NCBI GenBank assembly: GCA_024742665.1
Contig: JANSYA010000001.1
Location: 570,425-634,424, forward strand
DNA: 64,000 nt
Source of the DNA: a bacterium
GTDB taxonomy: Bacteria > Spirochaetota > Leptospiria > Leptospirales > Leptonemataceae
Reading direction: 5' to 3'
Part shown: positions 8,872-17,517 of the stretch, piece by piece
Position numbering within the stretch: the first letter of the stretch is position 1
Layout of the letters: each line of letters opens with the position of its first letter
Position numbers and translations under genes: made by a program
The notes under the pieces: model-generated
What the model saw: only the letters and a program-made list of their open reading frames with translations
Told to the model about the DNA's origin: nothing
The model's database searches: none

Positions 8872-9348
8872 ATGCAATGTCTGGGCATTACTCCAGTTGC
8901 AGGCGGTAGCATCATGTTCGACCTCAGCCAGCTCAACGATGGGATTCTCGACAACGGGGTCCTTGATTTTTCAGTGCGTTCTTATACGGATAACCGGCTG
9001 GTTTTAGTCGGCAGTTTCGATCTGGCGTACTACCAGGATATTCAAATTGAATTCGGCGGCGTGAGCTTTTTGTCCGTGCCGACCGAATTCTCCGACGCGT
9101 CGTTTCGATGTTTGCGCCGGGAGGAGTGCGGCGAATTGCTCGACTCGTTCTCGGACTATATGCAAGAAGACGATCGTGTTTTCGCGGTGGATCTATCGCG
9201 GTTCTACGACGTGCAAACCCACTACATCGTGGCGAATTCGATTCAGTACGCCTTCGGGAAAGTCTACTATTATCGACGCGACAAGCTGGAACCAGGCGAA
9301 AGCATCGCGCCCTGGGTGCTGGCGTCGCAGCCGCCGGTCACGGGCTAA
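8872..9348 (+). CDS. Hypothetical protein
   Basis: 158-aa ORF with no recognisable motifs. Probable start at the internal Met of MFDLSQL, near 8914. Confidence 0.3.
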   Translation: MQCLGITPVAGGSIMFDLSQLNDGILDNGVLDFSVRSYTDNRLVLVGSFDLAYYQDIQIEFGGVSFLSVPTEFSDASFRCLRREECGELLDSFSDYMQEDDRVFAVDLSRFYDVQTHYIVANSIQYAFGKVYYYRRDKLEPGESIAPWVLASQPPVTG

Positions 9349-9349
9349 G

Positions 9350-10483
9350 TCAGGAACACAGACGCACCAGGTCGCCGAGTTGCTCCGGCGGCTTTTGATC
9401 GCGGCGGGCGAATATTTTTTCGCAGTCGCTGACGAAACGCTGCGCTTCGTAGCGATTCCCTGCCAATCCCCACGAAAGCGGCGGCAGATATTTTGCGGGG
9501 CTGCCGCCGAACACGTTCGACCCCGCGTCCAGTACAGTGCCGGTGTTGAGCATCGTTCCGATGGCGGTCTTTACGCAGTCGCCGATTAACGAACCGAATT
9601 TGATTGTATGAGTGTCGACGGGGTGCCCGTCGATTTGCAATCGAACGGGACCGTAGTTGTTCTTCAGATCGCTCGTCGTCGAAAGCGCGCCCAGATTCAC
9701 CCAGCGACCGAGCACGCTGTGCCCGACGAAACCTTCGTGGTGTTTGTTGCTGAAGGCGTCGAAGATGCTGTTTTCGATTTCGCCGCCCGCTCGAACCTGC
9801 GCTCCCAGAATACAGCCGCCGGTCAGTCTGGCATCGTCGATGCGCGCGTTGGGCCCGACGTACAGCGGACCTTCCAGATAGCTAAAGGGACTTATTTTCG
9901 CGCCCTGGTCGATGACAATCGGTCCGTTGCTGGTATCGAAGATCGAACCGGGCAACACCCGCGCGCTCTCGTGTACGAATAGTTGCAGCGGATCGCCGAC
10001 GATTTGCACGCCGCCGTTACGTAAATCTTTGCGTCGCATCAGCCGATTGGCTTCGACGTTCAGCCACCATTCCAGATCGGCCGTGAGGCGTTTCGGAATG
10101 CGATTGAGTAAATCCAGAACCGGCACATTCGCCGGGGTCAGCACGTCGATGAAACCGTTGATCGCCGGGAAGCGCCGCGGACTGTGCAGATCGAAAATCT
10201 GATCGAGATTTTCACCGAATTTTTCTTCGATTGTATCGACGCTCGGCCAGCCGTAACGATCGGCCAGGCTGCGATACGAATCCAGGCCTTCCACGCCTGC
10301 AAGCAAACGTTCGCGTTCCGGATCCGCGTGAAAATATACGAACTCTCGATCGGGATAGGTTAATCGGGCGCGTTCAAAGCTGCTGTAGATCCCGTCGCGA
10401 AAACTGAAGATCGAGCGAAAGCGCGAGAAGGGCAGCAGTTCCGGCAGATCGACTTCGAGAAATAAAACGGGCTTCATGGCCAT
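9350..10483 (-). CDS. Hexapeptide-repeat (left-handed beta-helix) transferase family protein
   Basis: 377 aa. The central and C-terminal region shows imperfect hexapeptide repeats (…IGDCVKTAIGTMLNTGTVLDAGSNVFGG…, …LGAQVRAGGEIENSIFD…). No nucleotidyltransferase G-x-G-T-R motif, so not GlmU. Lies 3' of glmS-nei on the same strand. Confidence 0.55.
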   Translation of the reverse strand: MAMKPVLFLEVDLPELLPFSRFRSIFSFRDGIYSSFERARLTYPDREFVYFHADPERERLLAGVEGLDSYRSLADRYGWPSVDTIEEKFGENLDQIFDLHSPRRFPAINGFIDVLTPANVPVLDLLNRIPKRLTADLEWWLNVEANRLMRRKDLRNGGVQIVGDPLQLFVHESARVLPGSIFDTSNGPIVIDQGAKISPFSYLEGPLYVGPNARIDDARLTGGCILGAQVRAGGEIENSIFDAFSNKHHEGFVGHSVLGRWVNLGALSTTSDLKNNYGPVRLQIDGHPVDTHTIKFGSLIGDCVKTAIGTMLNTGTVLDAGSNVFGGSPAKYLPPLSWGLAGNRYEAQRFVSDCEKIFARRDQKPPEQLGDLVRLCS

Positions 10484-10558
10484 AGACTGTGAGACTCAGG
10501 GAGTCGGCCGATGCGTCAATAGGTTTTGTCCGATCAGCCGGCCGCGCGCAGTCGCGCT

Positions 10559-11389
10559 CTATTCCGGCTGACAGCGCGGACAATAGTACAGCCGCCGCGA
10601 GGCCACGTCGATTTTTTGAATGCGCGCCCCGCACTCGTAGCAGGTCCGGCCTTCACGAGCGAATACCGCGTGGCGATAGGCGGATCTGGTCGCGCCTTCG
10701 GCCTTTAATCGCGCGACCCGCTCGGCTTCGTTCGTTACGCCCCGGGTGTTGTACGCGCGCCGCGAAATATCCAGGCTTAGCCGGGCGAGGGCTGCGATCT
10801 GCGTCTCGTCCAGATCGCGCGGGCGCCGTTTCGGATGCAGGCCCGCAAAAAATAGAATTTCGCTGCGTAGATAATTGCCCGGCCCCGCGAGAAAACTCTG
10901 ATCCAAATAGAGCGCGCCCAGACCCCGCCCGCGAAAGCGCTGGTCCAGCAGGCGGTCGCGAACCTGCTCCGGCCGCGTCTGCGCGTCGAGCACGTCGGGC
11001 CCCAGGCTGCGCAAAAACGGATGTTCCGCCAGCTCGTCGTCGTGCAGAACCGCGATATTCGAAGCGGAATAGAGCAGCGCCTGGCGATGATGATTTCGCA
11101 GGATCACCCGCAGATCGCGACCGGTCTTCGGTTCGCCGCTCTCTGTCTTGCGCACGAACCACTTGCCGTACAGCTGGTTGTGGCTGTAGATATTCCAACC
11201 GCCTTCGAATCGAATCAGCAGCGCTTTCGCGCGCGGCTCGACGGCATAGACGGTTTTGTTGCGCAGCTTTTTTTCGAAGGGTTTCAGCTCCTCGAACTTA
11301 AACCAGACTTCACGCACGGGTTCGTCTTTGTACGTCAGCGCGCGACGGATCTCGTCTGCGGCCTGCCGGATTTCCGGTCCTTCGGGCAT
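10559..11389 (-). CDS. nei: Endonuclease VIII (Fpg/Nei family DNA glycosylase/AP lyase)
   Basis: Begins MPEGPEIRQAADEI (Nei-type N-terminus with catalytic Pro2/Glu3). SHNQLYG, H2TH region and C-terminal zinc finger CYECGARIQ…YYCPRCQ are present. The ORF-track start at 11437 looks over-extended. Confidence 0.85.
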   Translation of the reverse strand: MPEGPEIRQAADEIRRALTYKDEPVREVWFKFEELKPFEKKLRNKTVYAVEPRAKALLIRFEGGWNIYSHNQLYGKWFVRKTESGEPKTGRDLRVILRNHHRQALLYSASNIAVLHDDELAEHPFLRSLGPDVLDAQTRPEQVRDRLLDQRFRGRGLGALYLDQSFLAGPGNYLRSEILFFAGLHPKRRPRDLDETQIAALARLSLDISRRAYNTRGVTNEAERVARLKAEGATRSAYRHAVFAREGRTCYECGARIQKIDVASRRLYYCPRCQPE

Positions 11390-11471
11390 ATCGAAAAGAT
11401 AGCCATCAAAGTCCCCGCCGCCCGCCGAAACGCGCACCAGTCTGGCCGCGATCCCGGCTATCCTCCGATCA

Positions 11472-13304
11472 TCACTCGACTGTAACGGACTTCGCCAGGT
11501 TGCGGGGCTGATCGGGTTCGCAGCCGCGTTCGACGGCGACGTAGTACGCCAGCAATTGTAGCGGCAGCACAGTCAGCAGCGGGCTGAGCAGTTCCGAACA
11601 TTTCGGAATCGGAAAGGCGTAGTCGGACATCGACTGAATCTTTTCGTCGCCCTCGGTGTAGATCGAAATGATCTTGGCTTTACGCGCGCGGACCTCTTCG
11701 ATATTCGAAAGCATCTTTTCGTAGATATCGCCCTGGGGCGCGATGCAGACCACGGGCACTTCGTCCGTAATCAAGGCGATCGGTCCGTGCTTGAATTCGC
11801 CGCCGGCATAACCGGATGCGTGGATATAAGAAATCTCTTTTAGTTTGAGAGCGCCTTCCAGCGCGGTCGGATGGTTCCAGGAGCGTCCCAGGAAAACGAA
11901 GTCTTTCGTTTCGCGGAAGTCCTTCGCCCATTCTTTAATGACGTCGGCGCGTTCCAGAACGTGTTCCATCATTTCGGGCAGGCGTCGAACTTCTTCGAAG
12001 AGCTCCTGGCGTTCCTCTTTGCCGGTCAGCCACTTGATGCCGCCCACAAAGGTGGCGTACAGCAGCAGATGAATCAATTGCGCCGTATAGGCTTTGGTCG
12101 AAGCTACGCCGATCTCCGGCCCGGCCATCAGGTTGATGAAGGCGTCGGACTCGCGGGCGATCGTGGACTCGGGATTGTTCACGAACGAAAGCACGCGCAA
12201 GAATTTCGCTTTGGCTTCGTAGATGCCGGCGATCGTATCGGCGGTTTCGCCCGATTGGGAAATGGCGATGACTTTCGTGTCGCCCTCGGCGACCGGATTG
12301 CGATAGCGAAACTCCGAAGATAGATCGACTTCGGTGGCGACTTTCGTGAATCGTTCCAGATACATTTTGCCGACCATCCCGGCGTGCCAGGATGTTCCCG
12401 CGCTGGTGATAATCAGGCGGCTCAGGCGAATCAGAAAATCGTTCGAGCCGGCCTTTTCCGGAAAGTTGAGTTTGCCGTTGTCGCCGATGCGATGCTGAAT
12501 GATGCGGCGGAGCATGCCGGGCTGCTCGAAGATCTCTTTGAGCATGAAGTGTTCGTAGCCGCCCTTGTCCAGGTCGGCCGCTTTCACTTCGATCTTCTTC
12601 AGATCGTGAGGAACCGCTTCGCGCTCTTCGTTAAATACATGCAGTTCGTCTTTGGTAATCCAACCCCATTGACCGTTTTCGAAAATATAGTGTTCCCGTG
12701 CGAGAGGCACGACGGCCGGAACATCGCTGGCCAGAAAAGATTCGCCTGCGCCTTTGCCGTAAATCAGAGGCGAGCCGTCGCGCGCAAAGAAAATTCGATC
12801 CGGATCGCCGTCGTGCAGGAGGGCGAAGGAATACCGTCCGGTCAGTCGTTTGATTGTATCGAAGACGGCGTCTTCGATGCTTTTGCCGTCGCGCAGGGCC
12901 TGCTCGACCAGGTGCGGAATCACTTCCGTATCGGTTTCGGAGTGAAAGACGTGGCCTTCGCGCATGAGCTCATGACGCAGCTCGTAATGATTTTCGATGA
13001 TGCCGTTGTGGACGACCGCGATACGTTTCTTTTCGTCGACGTGCGGGTGGGCGTTGGTGCGATTCGCTTCCCCGTGGGTCGCCCAGCGAGTGTGGCCGAT
13101 GCCCATGCGACCTTCGACCGGGTGGTCTCGAAGCATGGATTCGAGAGCCTTGATCTTGCCTTTTTCTTTGCGAATATGCAGCTCGCCCTTGTCGAGCACG
13201 GCGACCCCGGCCGAGTCGTAGCCCCGGTATTCCAGGCGCGTCAGCCCCACAAGTAGTACTGAATCCACAGATTTCGGGCCGATATAGCCTACAATCCCAC
13301 ACAT
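11472..13304 (-). CDS. glmS: Glutamine--fructose-6-phosphate aminotransferase
   Basis: 610 aa. N-terminal MCGIVGYIG (Ntn amidotransferase Cys2), two SIS domains, C-terminus …AKSVTVE. Confidence 0.95.
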   Translation of the reverse strand: MCGIVGYIGPKSVDSVLLVGLTRLEYRGYDSAGVAVLDKGELHIRKEKGKIKALESMLRDHPVEGRMGIGHTRWATHGEANRTNAHPHVDEKKRIAVVHNGIIENHYELRHELMREGHVFHSETDTEVIPHLVEQALRDGKSIEDAVFDTIKRLTGRYSFALLHDGDPDRIFFARDGSPLIYGKGAGESFLASDVPAVVPLAREHYIFENGQWGWITKDELHVFNEEREAVPHDLKKIEVKAADLDKGGYEHFMLKEIFEQPGMLRRIIQHRIGDNGKLNFPEKAGSNDFLIRLSRLIITSAGTSWHAGMVGKMYLERFTKVATEVDLSSEFRYRNPVAEGDTKVIAISQSGETADTIAGIYEAKAKFLRVLSFVNNPESTIARESDAFINLMAGPEIGVASTKAYTAQLIHLLLYATFVGGIKWLTGKEERQELFEEVRRLPEMMEHVLERADVIKEWAKDFRETKDFVFLGRSWNHPTALEGALKLKEISYIHASGYAGGEFKHGPIALITDEVPVVCIAPQGDIYEKMLSNIEEVRARKAKIISIYTEGDEKIQSMSDYAFPIPKCSELLSPLLTVLPLQLLAYYVAVERGCEPDQPRNLAKSVTVE

Positions 13305-13577
13305 ATGCTACCACGGATTTGCAATACAGGCTTTCCTTCAACAACGAAAGGTCTCGAAATTTCCTCCATAGATATTTAGTGTGGCGGAAACGATACAGTC
13401 CGAAATAAAAGACCTTCCGGGAATTCGTCGACCGATCGGCCTGAATTCATACAGCGATGAAATCCTGTCACGGTCGGCCGACTCAGATCTCAAAATAGGT
13501 AGTTCCTGAAGCGCCTCTTTGGTTCCTTGCATACAGGGCATACAGGAAGCGCTATCGCGACCGCCCCCATCGCCATC

Positions 13578-14738
13578 ATGTCAACTTTTATCGCCGCCAC
13601 AGCGACCGCTCTGCCTTCGCACTATTATTCTCAAGACGAGCTGATCGGCGCGTTTCGTGAGATGTGGGCCGGACGCCATTACAACCTGGATCGCCTCGAA
13701 CAATTTCACCGCAACGTTTTGGTCGGCGGTCGCCATCTGGCCCTGACGATTCCGGAGTATTCCGCCCTGAAAGGCTTCGAAGAATCGAATGCCGCCTGGA
13801 CCCGGGTGGCTTTAGAACTTGGCGAAACCGTCGTGCGGGATTTGCTGGAGACGGCGGGCGTCTCGGCCGGCGAAATTCACGAACTTATTTTTACGACGAT
13901 TACCGGTCTGGCGGTTCCTTCGATCGATGCGCGTTTAATGAATCGCATCGATTTTTCGCCGGCTTTGAAGCGGGTCCCGCTCTTCGGTCTGGGCTGTCTC
14001 GCGGGGGCGGCGGGCGTCGCGCGATTGCATGACTATCTCGAAGGCCATCCGACCGAGGCGGGCATTCTGCTTTCCGTCGAGCTGTGCTCTTTGACTTTGC
14101 AGCGCGACGATTTCTCGATTCCGAATATTATCTCAAGCGGTCTGTTCGGAGACGGCGCCGCGGCGATCCTGATGACCGGCAGCGAACATCCCCTGGCCCG
14201 ACGCGCAGCCCGGAGCGAGGCCGGCAACGCTGCGAATGCGAACGGCGATGGCGATGCGAATCAGATTGCCGGAGTGCCGGTCGCGCGTTTGCCCGGGGTC
14301 GTCGACTCGCGCTCGATCTTTTTCCCGGATTCGGAGCGGGTCATGGGCTGGGATTTCGTCGACACGGGTTTTAAGATCGTGCTGTCTTCGGACGTCGCGC
14401 CTTTCGCACGCGAACATTTGCGTCCCGGTCTGGAAGCGTTCTTGCGCGAACACGGACTTGAGATTGACGACATCGAAACCTGGGTGGCGCATCCCGGCGG
14501 GCCGAAAGTAATCGAAGGTATGGCCGAAGGTCTGGGGCTGGAAGCGGACGCCCTGGCGCTTTCGCTCGACAGTCTGACGCGAGTCGGCAATCTATCTTCA
14601 GCGTCGGTGCTCTTTGTATTGCGCGAAACTCTGAAAACGAAATCGCCGTCGCCGGGCAGCTACGGAATTTTGCTGGCGATGGGGCCGGCGTTTTGCGCGG
14701 AGGCGGTGCTTCTGCGCTGGCCAGGATCCGGCGCATAA
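13578..14738 (+). CDS. Type III polyketide synthase (chalcone/stilbene synthase superfamily)
   Basis: From the internal Met MSTFIAATATALPSHYYSQDEL. Thiolase-fold KAS-III/CHS-like with active-site Cys context FGLGCLAGAAG and a C-terminal GFGPG-like region. Carries a ~30-aa Ala/Asn/Asp-rich insert (RRAARSEAGNAANANGDGDANQ). Confidence 0.85.
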   Translation: MSTFIAATATALPSHYYSQDELIGAFREMWAGRHYNLDRLEQFHRNVLVGGRHLALTIPEYSALKGFEESNAAWTRVALELGETVVRDLLETAGVSAGEIHELIFTTITGLAVPSIDARLMNRIDFSPALKRVPLFGLGCLAGAAGVARLHDYLEGHPTEAGILLSVELCSLTLQRDDFSIPNIISSGLFGDGAAAILMTGSEHPLARRAARSEAGNAANANGDGDANQIAGVPVARLPGVVDSRSIFFPDSERVMGWDFVDTGFKIVLSSDVAPFAREHLRPGLEAFLREHGLEIDDIETWVAHPGGPKVIEGMAEGLGLEADALALSLDSLTRVGNLSSASVLFVLRETLKTKSPSPGSYGILLAMGPAFCAEAVLLRWPGSGA

Positions 14739-14791
14739 ACGATACGAGGCCGCGGCCCTGAGGATGGACCGCGCTGCCGTTCACGGATACA

Positions 14792-15406
14792 ATGTTTACG
14801 ACCACGCAATATATTTTTTTCGCGATCGTCGCGCTGATGATCGTGCAGCGTTTGCTGGAACTCCGGCATTCGAAAAAGAACGAAGCCGCGATGATCGCCC
14901 GGGGCGGGCGCGAACATTCGCCAGGCCACTTTCAGTTTATGAAGCTGGTCCATACGTTTTGGTTCGTCGCCATGATCGCCGAAGTCGCGCTGCTGGATCG
15001 CAGTCTGGATTCGAATTTAGATTGGACGATCGCGATTATCGCCCTTGCCGCGACGCTGATCGGCCAGCTCCTGCGTTACGCCGCGATTCGCACGCTTGGT
15101 CCGCGCTGGTCCGTGCGGATCATGACCGTGCCGAATTCGCCGGCTGTCTCCGGCGGCGTCTATCGTTATATCCGACATCCGAATTATCTGGGAGTCATTC
15201 TCGAAATCGCCGCCGTGCCTCTGATTCACGGCGCGTATATTACGGCGATTGTATTTACAATTCTGAATGCGATGGTGTTATGGATTCGTATCGGGGCCGA
15301 AGAGCGCGCTCTGAATCTGGAAAACGGCAGCGACTACGATCAGCGTCTGGCGGGCCGCTCACGTTTCGTCGGGCTTCAAAAATCCGGCTCGGACGGAGAC
15401 GGCTGA
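14792..15406 (+). CDS. Isoprenylcysteine carboxyl methyltransferase (ICMT)-family membrane methyltransferase (BpsB/SrsB-like)
   Basis: 204 aa, multi-TM. C-terminal motif YRYIRHPNYLGVILEIAAVPLIHGAY…EERAL is diagnostic for the ICMT/PEMT family. Immediately downstream of the type III PKS, as in the bpsAB/srsAB pairs. Confidence 0.75.
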   Translation: MFTTTQYIFFAIVALMIVQRLLELRHSKKNEAAMIARGGREHSPGHFQFMKLVHTFWFVAMIAEVALLDRSLDSNLDWTIAIIALAATLIGQLLRYAAIRTLGPRWSVRIMTVPNSPAVSGGVYRYIRHPNYLGVILEIAAVPLIHGAYITAIVFTILNAMVLWIRIGAEERALNLENGSDYDQRLAGRSRFVGLQKSGSDGDG

Positions 15407-15468
15407 AGCGCTGAGTTTCTATTCGCAATCGTAAATCGCTGAATAATAATCGCCAAATATCAAACATC

Positions 15469-15720
15469 ATGGATCGCAAAGAAATAGAACAGGCCGTGGC
15501 CGACGTGCTGCGAACGCACTGCAACGTTACAAAAGAGATTCGCGCCGAATCGCGCCTGGCGGAAGATCTCGGCCTGGATTCGGTTGGTCTGCTGACTATG
15601 GCCGTCGAAGTTGAGAATCATTTCCAGACGGTGCTGGGCGAAGAGCCGGAGCGCCCGCCGCGTACAGTCCATGCGGTCGTCGACCTGATCGAGCAGCGCC
15701 TAACGGAACGTAAGCTTTAA
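15469..15720 (+). CDS. Acyl carrier protein
   Basis: 83 aa; LAEDLGLDSVGLLTMAVEVENHF contains the DSx phosphopantetheine attachment Ser in a four-helix ACP-like context. Confidence 0.8.
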   Translation: MDRKEIEQAVADVLRTHCNVTKEIRAESRLAEDLGLDSVGLLTMAVEVENHFQTVLGEEPERPPRTVHAVVDLIEQRLTERKL

Positions 15721-15729
15721 TTTAAGCAA

Positions 15730-17517
15730 ATGGACGACCAGAAGAAAGCCACTCTCGACGAAATCGCAGACGGCGTGCAAACATTGCCGCAAGCGCTGCA
15801 GGCCGCCGGCTCCGAGGGCGATTGCGGAGTGCATTTTTTTTCGAGAAGCGGCACTGTGGAAAGCCACACGTACTCGGAACTCTATCGCGACTCGCGCAGT
15901 CTGGCGTCGGTGCTGATCGCGGACTATCATCTGCGCCCCGGCGATTCGGTCGCGCTGATCATGTCCACTTCGTACGATCTTGTGCGCGCGCTCTTCGCGG
16001 TGTTGATGGCGCGTGCGACCCCGACCTGTCTGCCGACGCCGCGCCTTGGCCGAATGGCGGACTATCAAGGGGCGACCGCTGCGATGCTTCAGGCCGCCGG
16101 TGCGAAGCTGGTCTTAACCGAAGCGAACTCCGTTAAGAATTTGACGAACATCGTCGCCGCGGTTTCGCCTGCGCCGGCCCTTGCGGCGGTTTCTGAAATT
16201 GTAGCGCCGGACGCTCCGGAAGCTGTGGCGGCTTCGGCGAGCGAAGACGAGGTGGCTCTCGCGGACGAGCTGGCTCTCGAAGACGAGCTGGCGCTCGAAG
16301 ACGAGCTGGCGCTAATTCAATTCTCGAGCGGCACGACCGTTGCGCCGAAACCCGTCGCCTTGACCCACAAAAATATTCTGAGCAATACGCGCTCGATTCT
16401 CGCGAGCTTTCCCGGGGACATTCGCGAGCAGAGTGGTTGCTCCTGGCTGCCTTTGCATCACGACATGGGATTGATCGGCGGACTCTTCGCGGCGGTCGTC
16501 GCCCGGGGCGACATGACTTTCTTGCGACCGGAAGATTTTATCGCGCGGCCGGGAGCCTGGCTGCGAGCTCTCAGTCAGAGCAAAGCTTCGATTTGTCCCG
16601 CTCCGAATTTCGCGCTTCAGATTTGCATCGATCGCGTGCGCGACGAAGAGCTTGCGGAACTGGATTTGAGTCACTGGAAGATCGCGCTGATCGGCGCGGA
16701 GACGGTGCGCGAACCGACCCTGCGCAGATTTTATGAACGCTTTGAGTCGACCGGTTTTCGCTACGAAAGTTTTACGCCGGTGTACGGTCTGGCCGAGGCG
16801 ACCCTGGCCGTGACTTTCAGCGACGTGGAGCGTGCGCCCTCTGGCGTGCGCGTCGATCGCGAGAGTCTGGGCCGGGGCGAAATCCATCTGGCGCATGACG
16901 ACGCGCACGGCGTCGACGTCGTGAGCGTGGGGCGGCCCTTAAGCGGCATTGATCTGGAGTTACGCGACGAAAGCGGCCACGTCCTCGGCGAAGATCGCGT
17001 GGGGCGGATTTTCGTGCGGGGCGATTGCGTCATGGCCGGCTACTTTCGCCGCCCGGACGCGACGGCCGCCGCCGTGCAGGACGGCTGGTTGAATACCGGC
17101 GATCTGGGTTTTATTCACCAGGATGAACTCTTTATCTACGGCCGCGAACGCGACATCATCATATTAAACGGCCGCAACCACGATCCCCAGACGATCGAAT
17201 TCGCCATCGACCAGGTGCCGGGTCTTGATCATGACCGAAGCGCGGCCGTGCCGATTGACGATCCCGATCGAGGCACCGAGAGCTTTGTGGTATTAGTCGA
17301 AAAAGAAAAGGGCCAGGCCCCCGGCGGTCTGGACGCGCTCGCCCAAACCGCGCGCGAAGCCATCATTGCGGAAACCGGTTTGCTGCCGGAGCTGGTAGCC
17401 GTGCTGGCCACCGGTCGTCTGCCGCGCACGACCAGCGGTAAAATCAAACGCGGCGCCGCGCGCAGCCAGTTTTTGGCCGGCGAGCTGGAGCTACTGGCGG
17501 AAAGCCGCCGCTCATGA
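15730..17517 (+). CDS. Fatty acyl-AMP ligase / long-chain acyl-CoA synthetase family (adenylate-forming enzyme)
   Basis: 595 aa. AMP-binding motif I FSSGTTVAPKPVALTHKNI; downstream A-domain motifs YGLAEAT and …TGDLGF…, C-terminal Lys. Contains an Asp/Glu/Ala/Leu-rich insert encoded by an 18-bp tandem DNA repeat. Confidence 0.8.
   Translation: MDDQKKATLDEIADGVQTLPQALQAAGSEGDCGVHFFSRSGTVESHTYSELYRDSRSLASVLIADYHLRPGDSVALIMSTSYDLVRALFAVLMARATPTCLPTPRLGRMADYQGATAAMLQAAGAKLVLTEANSVKNLTNIVAAVSPAPALAAVSEIVAPDAPEAVAASASEDEVALADELALEDELALEDELALIQFSSGTTVAPKPVALTHKNILSNTRSILASFPGDIREQSGCSWLPLHHDMGLIGGLFAAVVARGDMTFLRPEDFIARPGAWLRALSQSKASICPAPNFALQICIDRVRDEELAELDLSHWKIALIGAETVREPTLRRFYERFESTGFRYESFTPVYGLAEATLAVTFSDVERAPSGVRVDRESLGRGEIHLAHDDAHGVDVVSVGRPLSGIDLELRDESGHVLGEDRVGRIFVRGDCVMAGYFRRPDATAAAVQDGWLNTGDLGFIHQDELFIYGRERDIIILNGRNHDPQTIEFAIDQVPGLDHDRSAAVPIDDPDRGTESFVVLVEKEKGQAPGGLDALAQTAREAIIAETGLLPELVAVLATGRLPRTTSGKIKRGAARSQFLAGELELLAESRRS
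16244..16315. repeat. In-frame 18-bp tandem repeat (gacgagctggc(t/g)ctcgaa ×~3.5) encoding (D/E)ELAL(E/A) units in the FAAL gene
   Basis: Units at 16265-16282, 16283-16300 and a partial unit 16301-16315, plus a related degenerate unit 16244-16264. Protein reads ALADELALEDELALEDELALIQ. Confidence 0.8.

Noticed and set aside
13305-13526. Possible glmS ribozyme in the glmS 5' leader
   Set aside because: I could not recognise the conserved glmS ribozyme core in the 220-bp divergent intergenic region. It is more likely a plain divergent promoter region shared with the PKS cluster.
14764-15414. Alternative 216-aa frame for the gene after the PKS
   Set aside because: The +1 frame gives an Arg-rich non-membrane sequence. 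The 14792 frame yields a clean ICMT-family motif (RHPNYLG…EE) and TM helices.
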